Shown here: positions 20,076-29,321 of the stretch, in pieces
Numbering within the stretch: position 1 is the stretch's first letter
How the letters are laid out: every line of letters starts with the position of its first letter
Assembly (NCBI GenBank): GCA_022616665.1
Contig: JAKEFJ010000175.1
Span: 1-56,720, forward strand
From: Acidobacteriota bacterium
GTDB lineage: Bacteria > Acidobacteriota > Polarisedimenticolia > Gp22-AA2 > AA152
DNA: 56,720 nucleotides
Direction of reading: 5' to 3'
Notes under the pieces: generated by a model
The model's input: the letters and a program-made list of their open reading frames with translations, nothing else
Databases searched by the model: none
What the model was told of the DNA's origin: nothing
Made by a program: the position numbers and the translations under genes

Positions 20076-20156
20076 CCTGAAAAAGTCGACCTAAATGCTT
20101 GACAGGTCCGCCCAAGGGCGAGCGATCCCCGGAGCGCGTCGGGCGGAAATGGGCCA

Positions 20157-20186
20157 TTGATGCGTCCACCCTGAGACGGTTATAAT
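20157..20186 (+). promoter_or_regulatory. Candidate sigma70-type promoter (TTGATG-N18-TATAAT) for the thiolase-hbd operon
   Basis: Hexamers at 20157-20162 and 20181-20186. AAGGAGG SD at 20213-20219 precedes ATG 20227. Confidence 0.4.
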
Positions 20187-20226
20187 CCGTCGCCAGCGAA
20201 TCATTTATCCCCAAGGAGGTCATCCA

Positions 20227-21408
20227 ATGGGCAGAGCCCTCATCGCCGGCGCCGTCCGCACGCCCATCGGCCGCTTTCTCGGCGGCCTGAAGGGGTTTTC
20301 GGCCACCCAGCTGGGCGCATGCGCGGTTGCCGAGACTGTTCGGCGCACAGGAATCCCCCCCGAGGCCGTGGGGGAAGTGATTATGGGTAATGTGGTTCAA
20401 GCGGGTCTGGGACAGAATCCGGCCCGGCAGGCGGCCCTGAAGGGGGGCCTCCCAAGCAGTGTCGCCGCAATGACGATCAACAAGGTCTGCGGTTCAGGTC
20501 TGAAATCGGTGGTCTTGGCCTCCCAGGCGGTGCTCCTGGGGGATCAGGAGGTCGTGGTCGCCGGCGGGATGGAGAGCATGAGCAACGCACCCTTCCTGTT
20601 GACCGGCGCCCGGGAGGGGTACCGGATGGGCCACAACCAGATCTTCGACTCCATGATCCGGGACGGACTCTGGGATGTCTACGAGGATTACCACATGGGC
20701 TGCACCGGCGAGAACGTAGCCCAGAAGTACGACATCTCCCGCCGCATGCAAGACGAGTACGCCACCCACAGCCACCAGAAGGCCATCGCCGCCATGGACG
20801 CGGGCAAGTTCAAAGCCGAGATCGTGGGCGTGCAGGTGCCCCAGAAAAAGGGTGAGACCCTGCTATTCGACACCGACGAAGGTCCGCGCCGTGACACCTC
20901 GGTGGAGGCGCTCGCCAAATTGAAGCCCGCCTTCAAGAGCGACGGCACGGTAACCGCGGGCAATGCCCCCGGAGTGAATGACGGCGCGTCAGCCATGGTG
21001 GTTCTCTCCGAGGCATCCGCCGCGAAATTCCGCGTGACTCCACAGGCGGAAGTGGTGGCCTACGCCACTTCGGGAGTGGAGCCCAAGTGGGTGATGATGG
21101 CGCCCCTGACGGCGGTGGAAGAAGTGCTCAGGAAAACCGCCTGGAAGAGGGAGGAAGTCGATCTCTACGAGCTCAACGAGGCTTTTTCGGTTCAGGCTGT
21201 CGCCTTGGTGAAAGAGCTGAGGCTGCCCCCGGAGCGCGTGAATGTGAACGGGGGAGCGGTGGCGCTGGGGCATCCTATCGGGGCGAGCGGCGCTCGGATT
21301 CTGACCACCCTGATTCACGCCTTGAAGCATCGAGGCGGCAAGAAAGGGATCGCGGCGCTGTGCCTGGGTGGAGGGAACGCCGTGGCCATGGCAATCCGGC
21401 TCGTCTGA
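20227..21408 (+). CDS. Acetyl-CoA C-acetyltransferase (thiolase II)
   Basis: [11 protein letters not shown] active-site Cys, [19 protein letters not shown] and [10 protein letters not shown] signatures. Confidence 0.93.
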   Translation: MGRALIAGAVRTPIGRFLGGLKGFSATQLGACAVAETVRRTGIPPEAVGEVIMGNVVQAGLGQNPARQAALKGGLPSSVAAMTINKVCGSGLKSVVLASQAVLLGDQEVVVAGGMESMSNAPFLLTGAREGYRMGHNQIFDSMIRDGLWDVYEDYHMGCTGENVAQKYDISRRMQDEYATHSHQKAIAAMDAGKFKAEIVGVQVPQKKGETLLFDTDEGPRRDTSVEALAKLKPAFKSDGTVTAGNAPGVNDGASAMVVLSEASAAKFRVTPQAEVVAYATSGVEPKWVMMAPLTAVEEVLRKTAWKREEVDLYELNEAFSVQAVALVKELRLPPERVNVNGGAVALGHPIGASGARILTTLIHALKHRGGKKGIAALCLGGGNAVAMAIRLV

Positions 21409-21545
21409 TCGCGCCGCGCCAGCTCAGGCGCTCCGCAAGCACGAGCTCCTTCCGGCGGATTCGCTACACTGTTCTATCTCCGGGGCCGGCAGGAGAATGG
21501 CGCAAGGCCACTCCAACGTTGCGAGTGAGAAAACCGGAGGCGAAC

Positions 21546-22403
21546 GTGGGAATCCAGGTCGTGGGAGTGGTGGGGGGCGGCACGATGGGCAACGGAATCG
21601 CCCAGATGGCCGCCGCTGCGGGGCATCCCGTAATTCTGGTGGATCGCTCCGCAGAATTCCTCCAGCGGGCGCTGGACACCATCGACAAAAACCTCCAACG
21701 AGCGGTCGATAAAGGAACCCTCACGAGGGCCGACAAGGCAGCACTCCTGGGCCGAATCACCACGGACGAGACGCTGGAGAAACAGGCGGCCGCGGATTTC
21801 GTCATCGAGGCGGTTAACGAAGATCTCGACCTGAAGCGCCAAATTTTCAAGGATCTGGATCGGATTTGCCGGCCGGGAGTCATCCTGGCAACGAACACAT
21901 CCTCCATCTCCATCACCAAGATCGCCGCCGTCACCAAGCGCCCGGAGCAGGTCATCGGGATGCACTTCATGAATCCGGTGCCGGTCATGAAACTGGTGGA
22001 GGTGATCCGCGGCCACGCCACTTCCGACGAGACCTGGCAGGCAACCCGGGAGCTGTCGGAGAAGTGGGGGAAGGTCCCGGTGGAAGTCCACGATTACCCG
22101 GGATTCGTCTCCAACCGGGTGCTCATGCCGATGATCAACGAGGCGATCTTTGCCCTGCACGAAGGGGTCGGCTCCCGGGAGGCCATCGATACGGTCATGA
22201 AGCTGGGAATGAACCATCCCATGGGTCCTCTGACTCTGGCGGATTTCATCGGGCTGGACACGTGCCTGGCCATCCTGCAGGTTCTCCATGAAGGATTCGG
22301 AGATCCCAAATACCGGCCGTGCCCCCTGCTCAGGAAAATGGTGGACGCGGGACATCTGGGGAGGAAGTCGGGGCGCGGGTTTTACGATTACGAACGCACC
22401 TGA
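21546..22403 (+). CDS. hbd: 3-hydroxybutyryl-CoA dehydrogenase
   Basis: [15 protein letters not shown] Rossmann motif and NTSSISIT; HFMNPVP. GTG 21546 has a GGAGG SD 6 nt upstream. The 438-aa ORF in the track is an overextension into the thiolase gene. Confidence 0.9.
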   Translation: MGIQVVGVVGGGTMGNGIAQMAAAAGHPVILVDRSAEFLQRALDTIDKNLQRAVDKGTLTRADKAALLGRITTDETLEKQAAADFVIEAVNEDLDLKRQIFKDLDRICRPGVILATNTSSISITKIAAVTKRPEQVIGMHFMNPVPVMKLVEVIRGHATSDETWQATRELSEKWGKVPVEVHDYPGFVSNRVLMPMINEAIFALHEGVGSREAIDTVMKLGMNHPMGPLTLADFIGLDTCLAILQVLHEGFGDPKYRPCPLLRKMVDAGHLGRKSGRGFYDYERT

Positions 22404-22408
22404 CCGCG

Positions 22409-25294
22409 ATGATCGACTTTGTCCGGGCGCTGTCCGCTTCCAGGGACTTCGGTCCCGACCTGGTCCAGGTGCGGTCCTTCCCCGCGGCGGCGGGAAAATA
22501 CGCGGATCTCGCCGAGGGTCTGTCCCCCGCCCTGTCCGAAGCGCTGCAGCGTCAAGGAATCAGCCGGCTCTACTCCCACCAGGCCGAAGCGATCGATCGG
22601 ATACGGCGCGACCAAAACGTCCTGGTGGTCACTCCCACGGCCTCCGGCAAGAGTCTCATCTATATCCTCCCCACTTTCGAGAGAGTGATCCGGGAGCCGG
22701 GAGCCCGGGCGCTGTACCTCTTTCCCTACAAAGCGCTGGAGCAGGATCAGCTCAAGGCGATTCTCTCCCTGGGGGGAGACCTGGGCGGCGGGAGGAGGAT
22801 CCGAGCCGAAATCTATGACGGTGATACTCCCGCATCGCGGCGCAAGGCGATCAAGGCCGACCCTCCCGACATCCTGATCACCAACCCGGACATGCTCCAC
22901 CTGGGCCTTTTGGCCTACCACGATGATTGGCGCGAGTTTTTCTCCCATCTCCGATTGGTGGTTTTGGACGAGCTGCACGTCTACAAGGGGATCTTCGGGT
23001 GCCACCTGCACCATATTCTGGTGCGATTGCGACGGGTGGCGGATCATCATGGGACCCGTCCGAGATTCGTGGCCTCCTCGGCCACGATTGCCAATCCCGA
23101 TGAGCTTGGCACCGCTCTGACCGGAGAGGATTTCGCGCTGGTGGACGACAACGGGGCGCCCCGGGCGGCCAAGCACATCGCCTTTCTCAATCCGGCGGTC
23201 AGCGCCTACACTTCGGCCACCAAGCTCATCGCGAAATCTCTCTCCTCGGGATACCGTACCATCGCTTTCACCAAGGCCCGAAAGATCACGGAGCTGATCC
23301 ACTCGTGGCTGGTCCAGCAGGATCCGAAGCTGCGGGAGCGCATCTCCTCCTACCGTGCCGGTTACCTGCCCGAGGAACGGCGGGAGATCGAGCGACGGTT
23401 GGTGCAGGGGGACCTCTGGGGAGTGATTTCCACCAGCGCGCTGGAGCTGGGAGTGGATATCGGCGGATTGGATGTTTGCGTGCTGGTGGGTTATCCCGGC
23501 TCCATCGTCTCCTCCTGGCAGAGGATCGGGCGGGTGGGGCGCGAGGACCGGGAGTCGCTGACCTGCCTCGTGGGGATGCCCGACGCTCTGGATCAATACT
23601 TCATGAGGGAGCCGGAGGAGTTTTTCCGCCGCGGCTTCGAGCGGGTGGTGTTCGACCCCGCCAACCGGGTGATCGCCGCGGACCATCTGGTGTGTGCCGG
23701 AGCAGAGATTCCCCTCACGCGACAGGAGGACGAGCCGCGCTATGCGGAGGGGACGTTCGACGTGGTGCAGGATCTCGAGCGCCAGGGGGGGCTGGTCCGG
23801 GACGCCGAAGTCGAGCGCTGGTATTCGTTCCGCCGCAATCCACAGCGCAGCGTGAATCTCAGGGGCATCGGCAACACCTACACCATCCTCCGGGGGGAGA
23901 ACGGCGATCCCTCGGGGCGGGTCATCGGAACCGTGGACGCCATCCGCGCCTTTCATGAGTGTCACGATGGAGCCATCTACCTCCACCTGGGACAGCAATT
24001 CCTGGTCCGCGCCATGGACGTGGAGAATCGCAAAGTGCGCGTGGCGGCGGTGGATACGGACTATTACACCGTGGTCAAGGCTGAAAAGCAGACCGAAATC
24101 CTTGCGACCCTCGCTTCCCGGGTGCTGGGGCCGGCCCGAATTCACTTGGGGAGGCTGAAGGTGACCGAAGAGATTCTCGGCTACGAGAAGCGGCGCCTGC
24201 ACGGCCGGGACCGGATCTCCTCCCACGATCTCGAGCTCCCTCCCATCGTGTTCGAGACCGTGGGTCTGTGGATCGAGCTGCCGGAGGATCTGCGCGGCAT
24301 GGTGGTGGCCCGGGAGGGGCACTTCATGGGAGGCATCCATGCGACGGAGCATGCCGCCATTTCCCTGTTTCCTCTCTTGGCCATTTGCGACCGCAATGAC
24401 ATCGGTGGCATCTCCTACCCTCTCCATCCGCAGCTGGGACGATCGGCCATCTTCATCTATGACGGATACCCGGGAGGCGTGGGCCTGGCGGCAAAGGGAT
24501 ATGACGGGCTCGAAGATCTGCTGGAGCGAACTCGCAAGCTCATCGAGGGATGCCCGTGTGAAAAGGGATGCCCTTCCTGTATCCATTCCCCCAAATGCGG
24601 AAACGGCAACCAGCCTCTCGACAAAAAAGCGGCTCTCTTGATTCTTCGAGTTCTGACTGGCGTGCTGCCGCTGGAAAGGTCGATGCAGGAATCGCCGGCA
24701 CCCGCGAGCGAGCTCCTGGCGACCGCGTCGGAGGCCCGGCGGGAGAAGACGACGCAGGATGGGAGAGTCCTTTATTTCGATCTGGAGACCCTGCGCAGCG
24801 CCGAGGAAGTCGGAGGGTGGGAGAACACGGCGAAGATGGGAATGTCGGTGGGGGTGGTGTTCGAAGAGGGGAAAGCGGAGTACCGGACCTACCGCGAAGC
24901 CGACGTGGAGCGCCTCCTGCTGGATCTGGTGACCGCGGATCGGGTCATCGGCTTCAACATCGACCGGTTCGACCTGGCGGTGCTCTCCGGCTACACCACC
25001 TGGGACCTGGGAAAAATCCGGACCTTCGACATGATGGGCTACATCTACTCGAAGCTGGGATTCCGGCTCAAGCTGGACTCCCTGGCCGAGACAACGCTGG
25101 GAGAGAGAAAATCCGCGGATGGGCTGCAGGCGCTGGCCTGGGTCAAGGAAGGCCGGTTCGACCTCATCGAGGAGTACTGCCGGAAAGATGTGGAAGTGAC
25201 CCGCAGCCTGCACCGGTTCGGAGTCACGAACCGATTCCTGCTCTATCACGATCGAGAGGGACGCAAGGTGCGGCTTCCGGTGGAGTGGACCTGA
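22409..25294 (+). CDS. DEAD/DEAH-box helicase with DUF1998/MZB domain (MrfA/YprA-like) fused to a C-terminal DEDD-type 3'-5' exonuclease domain (MrfB/YprB-like)
   Basis: VTPTASGKS, VLDELH and QRIGRVGRE motifs. Four-Cys cluster CPCEKGCPSCIHSPKCGNGN (nt ~24551-24600). From nt ~24764: YFDLET (ExoI), GFNIDRFD (ExoII), YCRKDV (ExoIII). Start at MIDFVRAL, 6 nt after the hbd stop. Confidence 0.85.
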   Translation: MIDFVRALSASRDFGPDLVQVRSFPAAAGKYADLAEGLSPALSEALQRQGISRLYSHQAEAIDRIRRDQNVLVVTPTASGKSLIYILPTFERVIREPGARALYLFPYKALEQDQLKAILSLGGDLGGGRRIRAEIYDGDTPASRRKAIKADPPDILITNPDMLHLGLLAYHDDWREFFSHLRLVVLDELHVYKGIFGCHLHHILVRLRRVADHHGTRPRFVASSATIANPDELGTALTGEDFALVDDNGAPRAAKHIAFLNPAVSAYTSATKLIAKSLSSGYRTIAFTKARKITELIHSWLVQQDPKLRERISSYRAGYLPEERREIERRLVQGDLWGVISTSALELGVDIGGLDVCVLVGYPGSIVSSWQRIGRVGREDRESLTCLVGMPDALDQYFMREPEEFFRRGFERVVFDPANRVIAADHLVCAGAEIPLTRQEDEPRYAEGTFDVVQDLERQGGLVRDAEVERWYSFRRNPQRSVNLRGIGNTYTILRGENGDPSGRVIGTVDAIRAFHECHDGAIYLHLGQQFLVRAMDVENRKVRVAAVDTDYYTVVKAEKQTEILATLASRVLGPARIHLGRLKVTEEILGYEKRRLHGRDRISSHDLELPPIVFETVGLWIELPEDLRGMVVAREGHFMGGIHATEHAAISLFPLLAICDRNDIGGISYPLHPQLGRSAIFIYDGYPGGVGLAAKGYDGLEDLLERTRKLIEGCPCEKGCPSCIHSPKCGNGNQPLDKKAALLILRVLTGVLPLERSMQESPAPASELLATASEARREKTTQDGRVLYFDLETLRSAEEVGGWENTAKMGMSVGVVFEEGKAEYRTYREADVERLLLDLVTADRVIGFNIDRFDLAVLSGYTTWDLGKIRTFDMMGYIYSKLGFRLKLDSLAETTLGERKSADGLQALAWVKEGRFDLIEEYCRKDVEVTRSLHRFGVTNRFLLYHDREGRKVRLPVEWT

Positions 25295-25313
25295 CACAGC
25301 GGGGAGGGAGGCG

Positions 25314-25991
25314 ATGGGACTAAAGTCTCTGGACGTGCTCCTCTCCCAGTACCGTGTCGAGGTGCTGGGCGAGAAATCCCGGGAAGCACAGGAGATGACT
25401 CGATTCACAGAATTCCTGTTGAGCCACGGGGGGCTCAAGAAGCTGGAGGTCCCGGGGAAGCCTGCCCTGCTCGTGGATCGGACGGAGAGGCTGCGGTGCT
25501 TTCACTTCTCCCAGTATCTGGACTGGTACCTGACGGAGAAGGTGGGAGCCGACCGGCGAGAAGTTGAAGAGGCACGCCTGGCCATGGTTCATTTCAATGA
25601 ATGGCTCCTGGAGCAGCAGGCCATCACGCAAGAAGCGTTCGAGGAGAATCGCGATTCGATCTTGAGCGGGGAGGGCGGTCCCGCCGTGTACGAGGACGTG
25701 TCCGGTCCTGGAGTGGATGACGACGAGACGGGCATCCCCGCCGTCCGGGAGGAGAAGGATTTCTACGTTCCTGGCGAGTACTCCGCCACCTTGAGCGGCG
25801 AGCTCATCCTCACCAAGGTCCAGGAAGGAATTCTCTACGGCACCTTCCCCGATGGTGGAAAAGAGATCGGTCCCATTCTGGTGGATCGGGCCGTCAGCAG
25901 CAGTCACAAGGTGGGCGATCGCGTTCACCTCTCCCTGGGCCGGGCCGGGGACCACTGGAATCTGCTGCACGAGGGTCAAAGACGGAGCTGA
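25314..25991 (+). CDS. Hypothetical protein (225 aa), likely co-transcribed with the helicase-exonuclease
   Basis: Starts 20 nt after the helicase stop. Helical N-terminal half, acidic linker (VDDDETGIPAVREEKD), small beta-rich C-terminal module. No family recognised. Confidence 0.55.
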   Translation: MGLKSLDVLLSQYRVEVLGEKSREAQEMTRFTEFLLSHGGLKKLEVPGKPALLVDRTERLRCFHFSQYLDWYLTEKVGADRREVEEARLAMVHFNEWLLEQQAITQEAFEENRDSILSGEGGPAVYEDVSGPGVDDDETGIPAVREEKDFYVPGEYSATLSGELILTKVQEGILYGTFPDGGKEIGPILVDRAVSSSHKVGDRVHLSLGRAGDHWNLLHEGQRRS

Positions 25992-26337
25992 TCCCGCCGC
26001 TGGCGCCATCTCTCATCCAATTCCTCCAAGCCCTTCGACATTCTTGCTGGTTACAAGTCGGTGCTGCTGGCCTGGGGGCACTGCGGCACCGTGTCTTTCG
26101 AGAAGACCGAAACTCCCGCCGGCCGCGGCACTTTCACCACATGGAGCGGAGTGATGACCTCGAAGGGGGGAAATCTGAACTGAAGCTACTCCCGGGAAAA
26201 CACGCCTGTCAAGGCTCGACTCACCGGAAATTCCCGCCCGGGTGACGCAGCGATTCGGATTGCCGGAAGGGCTAGCGAAACGCACCCTCACCCCTCGGGA
26301 TGATGGCGCTTCCCAAGCAATGAATCGTGCTCGAGGC

Positions 26338-26366
26338 TTGATTCCACGAGGGGAAAGTGGTAAAAA
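26338..26366 (+). promoter_or_regulatory. Candidate sigma70-type promoter (TTGATT-N17-TAAAAA) for the HU gene
   Basis: Hexamers at 26338-26343 and 26361-26366. GGAGGA SD at 26399-26404. Confidence 0.35.
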
Positions 26367-26412
26367 ACCGCCACGTTTGAGCCATGTCGGCTCCAATTGG
26401 AGGAAATGAAGC

Positions 26413-26700
26413 GTGAGCAAAATGACCCGCACGGACCTGATCGAGGCCATTGCCAAGGAAGCCGGCACGGAGAAGAAGGCTGCCAAGACCTTCCTGGAGG
26501 CTTTCACCAGCATCGTCGAGAAGACGATGAAGAAGGGCGGAGAAGTTCCTTTGGCCGGGCTGGGCAAGTTCAAGGTCGTGAAGCGCAAGGCCCGCATGGG
26601 GCGCAACCCGGCCACCGGCCAGGCCATCAAGATTCCCGCCAAGACCGTGGCGAAGTTCTCCGTGGCCAAGAACCTCAAGGACATGGTGAAGAAGGCTTAA
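26413..26700 (+). CDS. hup: HU family DNA-binding protein
   Basis: TRTDLIEAIAKEAG...GLGKFKVVKRKARMGRNPATGQAIKIPAKTVAKF is the classical HU/IHF arm. GTG 26413 is 8 nt after the SD. ATG 26422 is an alternative. Confidence 0.92.
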   Translation: MSKMTRTDLIEAIAKEAGTEKKAAKTFLEAFTSIVEKTMKKGGEVPLAGLGKFKVVKRKARMGRNPATGQAIKIPAKTVAKFSVAKNLKDMVKKA

Positions 26701-26721
26701 CCGCCTCGCTCACGGCGTCAC

Positions 26722-26760
26722 AAAAAAAGCCCGCCGAACCCGAAAGGGCGGCGGGCTTTT
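26722..26760. terminator. Bidirectional rho-independent terminator between hup (+) and the TPR gene (-)
   Basis: A7 - GCCCGCCG - loop (itself ccc-gaaa-ggg) - CGGCGGGC - T4. Confidence 0.8.
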
Positions 26761-26811
26761 GCGTTGGGTAAAGAGCTTCGCGCCGGAGGCGAAGGGCGGC
26801 GATCGGTCAAT

Positions 26812-27501
26812 TCAAGGCAATGGGTCAGAGAACTTTTCCAGTTTCTGCAGGCTGCTCTCGGCCTCTTTCACGTAGCCGTATTCCGGATGGCCCATCCGGA
26901 TCACCCGCTGGTAATAGTTCCGGGCGTGGGCCGTCAGACGGGCCTCGTCCAGGGTCAGCGCCAGTCCAAAAAGCGCCCCCTGGTGACCTTCGGAGCTATA
27001 GAACGGCTTCTTCGAATCGAACAAATCCACGGCACATAAATAATGGTAGATGGATTCGGGGTAGCGCTGGTAACGCTCCACCTCCAGTCGGCCCCGCTCC
27101 GCGAAGGCCGCGGCGCGCCCGTTCTGGTAAAAGTCCCGGTTCTCCAGGCAGCGGTCGAGCCAGCGCAGAGCTTCCTCGGCGCGGCGTTGGAAGCTATAGC
27201 AGTAGGCGATCTGCAAGGATGCCACTCCCTGCTCGGGAGGGTCGCCTCCCAGCTCGCTCAATCCCGCCAGGTAGTACTTCAGGGCCTCCTGGTACTTCTC
27301 CTGGTCATAGTGCCAGTCTCCCAGATCAAGAAGGAAATATCCCAGCAGCTCCGCAGCGCCGGATTGCCGAGCCAGCTGCCGGTATTCGGGCTCCATCCGG
27401 ATCGCCTCGGGGAGCTCGCCCGCCTCCAGGTGGGCCAACATGCGTTGATCCAAGCGCCGGCGTTCCAGCTCCACCTGACGACGGGTTGGGGTCTTGGCCA
27501 A
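26812..27501 (-). CDS. TPR repeat protein
   Basis: 229 aa with repeated TPR-like helix pairs (YQEALKYYLAGLSELGGDP, AEEALRWLDRCLENRDF, YYQRVIRMGHPEYGY). Confidence 0.68.
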   Translation of the reverse strand: MAKTPTRRQVELERRRLDQRMLAHLEAGELPEAIRMEPEYRQLARQSGAAELLGYFLLDLGDWHYDQEKYQEALKYYLAGLSELGGDPPEQGVASLQIAYCYSFQRRAEEALRWLDRCLENRDFYQNGRAAAFAERGRLEVERYQRYPESIYHYLCAVDLFDSKKPFYSSEGHQGALFGLALTLDEARLTAHARNYYQRVIRMGHPEYGYVKEAESSLQKLEKFSDPLP

Positions 27502-27519
27502 GGGATTCCTCGGATCGTC

Positions 27520-28815
27520 TCAGCAGGGAACGGCCGACACCCGAGCGGGAGTGACCTCAGTGATTCGCGCCCTCACGAGCCGATTCATGCAATCCTGCGG
27601 GCGGGCCTGCAGGGCCATTTCAATGAAATTGCCCGACAGGGCGCGGACCCTCCCGTCGGGCAGGCACTCGCGCAGTCCGAGCACTTCCAGATCGCGGCCG
27701 AGGAACGAGGTCCGAAAGCGGTGGGAGAGATGGCCGCCCAGCGCCCTCAGCTCGGCGCTGCGCTTCCGGATCACGTCACCCCGCACCGGGTCGGCAGCGT
27801 CGGCCGCGGGAGTTCCAGGGCGCGGTGTGAAGCTGAACACGTGCAGGTAATTCAGCTGGGAGGAGGCGATGAACTCGTAACTCTGCCGGAATTCCTCCTG
27901 GGTCTCGCCGGGAAATCCCACAATGACGTCGGCCCCCAGGCCCACTTCCGGGATTTTCCCCCGAAGTGTTTCCAGCGCCTGGCGGTACAGTCCGGTCCGG
28001 TAGGGGCGGCGCATTCTCCCCAAAACCTCGTCGGATCCGCTCTGCAGCGGAATCTGCAGGTGGGGGGCCAGCCGTGGCGAGCTCTGCAGCGTTTCCACCA
28101 GCTCTTCGGTGACGCAGCGCGGCTCCACCGAATTGAGACGGAGTCGCCCCACGGATGTAATCTCCGAGGCGCTCCGCAGCAGGGCTGCGAGAGTGGTCGC
28201 GGGAGTCAGGTCCTTTCCGTAATCCCCCGTATTGACTCCGGTGAAGACGATTTCCTGAAATCCGGATTCCGCCAGCAACGCCACCTTTCTCAGGACCGTC
28301 TCCGGATCCACGCTGCGGCTGGCGCCGCGAACCGACGGAATGACGCAGTAGGAGCAGCGCAGATCGCACCCTTCCTGAATCTTTAGAAAGGCCCGGGTCT
28401 GGTCCGAAAACAGGGGCAGGGGATCGTCGGCCGATTCGAGGCACGCCGGCTGCTCGGGGGTTTCGGGCACCAGCTTCACCACGAGTTGCTTCAGCCCTTT
28501 TTGACCGGAAAGCCCCAGCACCGCGTCCACGCCGGCTATCGCTTCTAGTGCTTTCGGATCGCGCTGGGCGTAACAGCCGGTGACCAGGAGGGTGCAGTGA
28601 GGGTTGGCGCGCCTCAACTTGCGAATCAGCTGCCGGGACTGGGCATCGGCGGCGGAAGTGACGGTGCAGGTATTGATCACGACGACGCGGGCCGCAGCTG
28701 GGTCCGCCGTGGGAGACATCCCCAGCGCCGCCAGGTCCGCTTCCATGACGGCTGAATCGAACTGGTTGAGCTTACAGCCCAGCGTGGCGACGTGATAGAG
28801 GGTGGGACGATTCAC
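27520..28815 (-). CDS. mtaB: Radical-SAM methylthiotransferase, MiaB/MtaB family
   Basis: LGCKLNQFDS UPF0004 N-domain, CDLRCSYCVIP radical-SAM cluster, C-terminal TRAM-like region. Start at GTG 28815, overlapping the purE stop (GTGA). The 651-aa ORF in the track is an overextension through purE. Confidence 0.82.
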   Translation of the reverse strand: MNRPTLYHVATLGCKLNQFDSAVMEADLAALGMSPTADPAAARVVVINTCTVTSAADAQSRQLIRKLRRANPHCTLLVTGCYAQRDPKALEAIAGVDAVLGLSGQKGLKQLVVKLVPETPEQPACLESADDPLPLFSDQTRAFLKIQEGCDLRCSYCVIPSVRGASRSVDPETVLRKVALLAESGFQEIVFTGVNTGDYGKDLTPATTLAALLRSASEITSVGRLRLNSVEPRCVTEELVETLQSSPRLAPHLQIPLQSGSDEVLGRMRRPYRTGLYRQALETLRGKIPEVGLGADVIVGFPGETQEEFRQSYEFIASSQLNYLHVFSFTPRPGTPAADAADPVRGDVIRKRSAELRALGGHLSHRFRTSFLGRDLEVLGLRECLPDGRVRALSGNFIEMALQARPQDCMNRLVRARITEVTPARVSAVPC

Positions 28816-29321
28816 GATCGGTTCCGGATTTCCTCGGAGCGGCGGGCGATCTTCTCGGCCATCTCTTGCTTGTACTGCTGGACCGCTTGCCGCAGCCGCG
28901 GATCGCCGGTGGCGAGGATCTGCACCGCCAGGATCGCTGCATTGACCGCCCCCGCCTCCCCGATGCTGACCGTGGCCACCGGAACACCGCCGGGCATCTG
29001 GACCGTCGAGAGCAGGGAGTCCAGACCTTGAAGGGGAGACGTGTTCAGCGGAACGCCGATCACCGGAAGGGACGTGTGGGCCGCCAGGGCCCCGGCCAGG
29101 TGGTTTGCGAAGCCGGCGGCGCCGATCAAGACTCGAATTCCGCGCCCCTCGGCTTCTCTGGCATAGCGGGCAGTCATCTCCGGCGCCCGGTGGGCTGAGG
29201 AGAGCTGCACTTCCACCTCCACGCCGAATTTCTTGAGAAGCTCGACCCCTTTGGTCATCAAGGGAAGATCGCTCTCGCTTCCCAGCACGATTCCCACCAG
29301 CGGTTGCGATGCCTGGCTCAT
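28812..29321 (-). CDS. purE: 5-(carboxyamino)imidazole ribonucleotide mutase
   Basis: VGIVLGSESDLPLM, SAHRAPE, GAAGFANHLAG and VIGVPL motifs. Confidence 0.93.
   Translation of the reverse strand: MSQASQPLVGIVLGSESDLPLMTKGVELLKKFGVEVEVQLSSAHRAPEMTARYAREAEGRGIRVLIGAAGFANHLAGALAAHTSLPVIGVPLNTSPLQGLDSLLSTVQMPGGVPVATVSIGEAGAVNAAILAVQILATGDPRLRQAVQQYKQEMAEKIARRSEEIRNRS

Noticed and set aside
19993-20400. 135-aa minus-strand ORF spanning the divergent promoter region and the thiolase 5' end
   Set aside because: It overlaps the thiolase start and both promoter-like elements. It has no SD and no recognisable features.
21087-21545. N-terminal 153-codon extension of the hbd ORF overlapping the thiolase gene
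   Set aside because: The extension is Arg/Gly-rich and overlaps the well-supported thiolase frame. GTG 21546 has a GGAGG SD and yields a normal-length dehydrogenase beginning at the Rossmann motif.
22388-25438. 1016-aa ORF on the minus strand
   Set aside because: It lies fully antisense to the helicase-exonuclease gene, whose SF2, MZB and DEDD motifs are unambiguous. The minus-frame product is a low-complexity Arg/Gly/Pro/His-rich string with no motifs. This is a typical GC-rich antisense artefact.
25992-26412. Known structured RNAs (RNase P, tmRNA, SRP/4.5S RNA) in the long hup upstream region
   Set aside because: I could not find the conserved cores: GAGGAAAGUCC for RNase P, a tRNA-like end plus tag ORF for tmRNA, or GGUCCGGAAGGAAGCAGC for SRP. 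The region is kept only as 'unassigned' in the findings.
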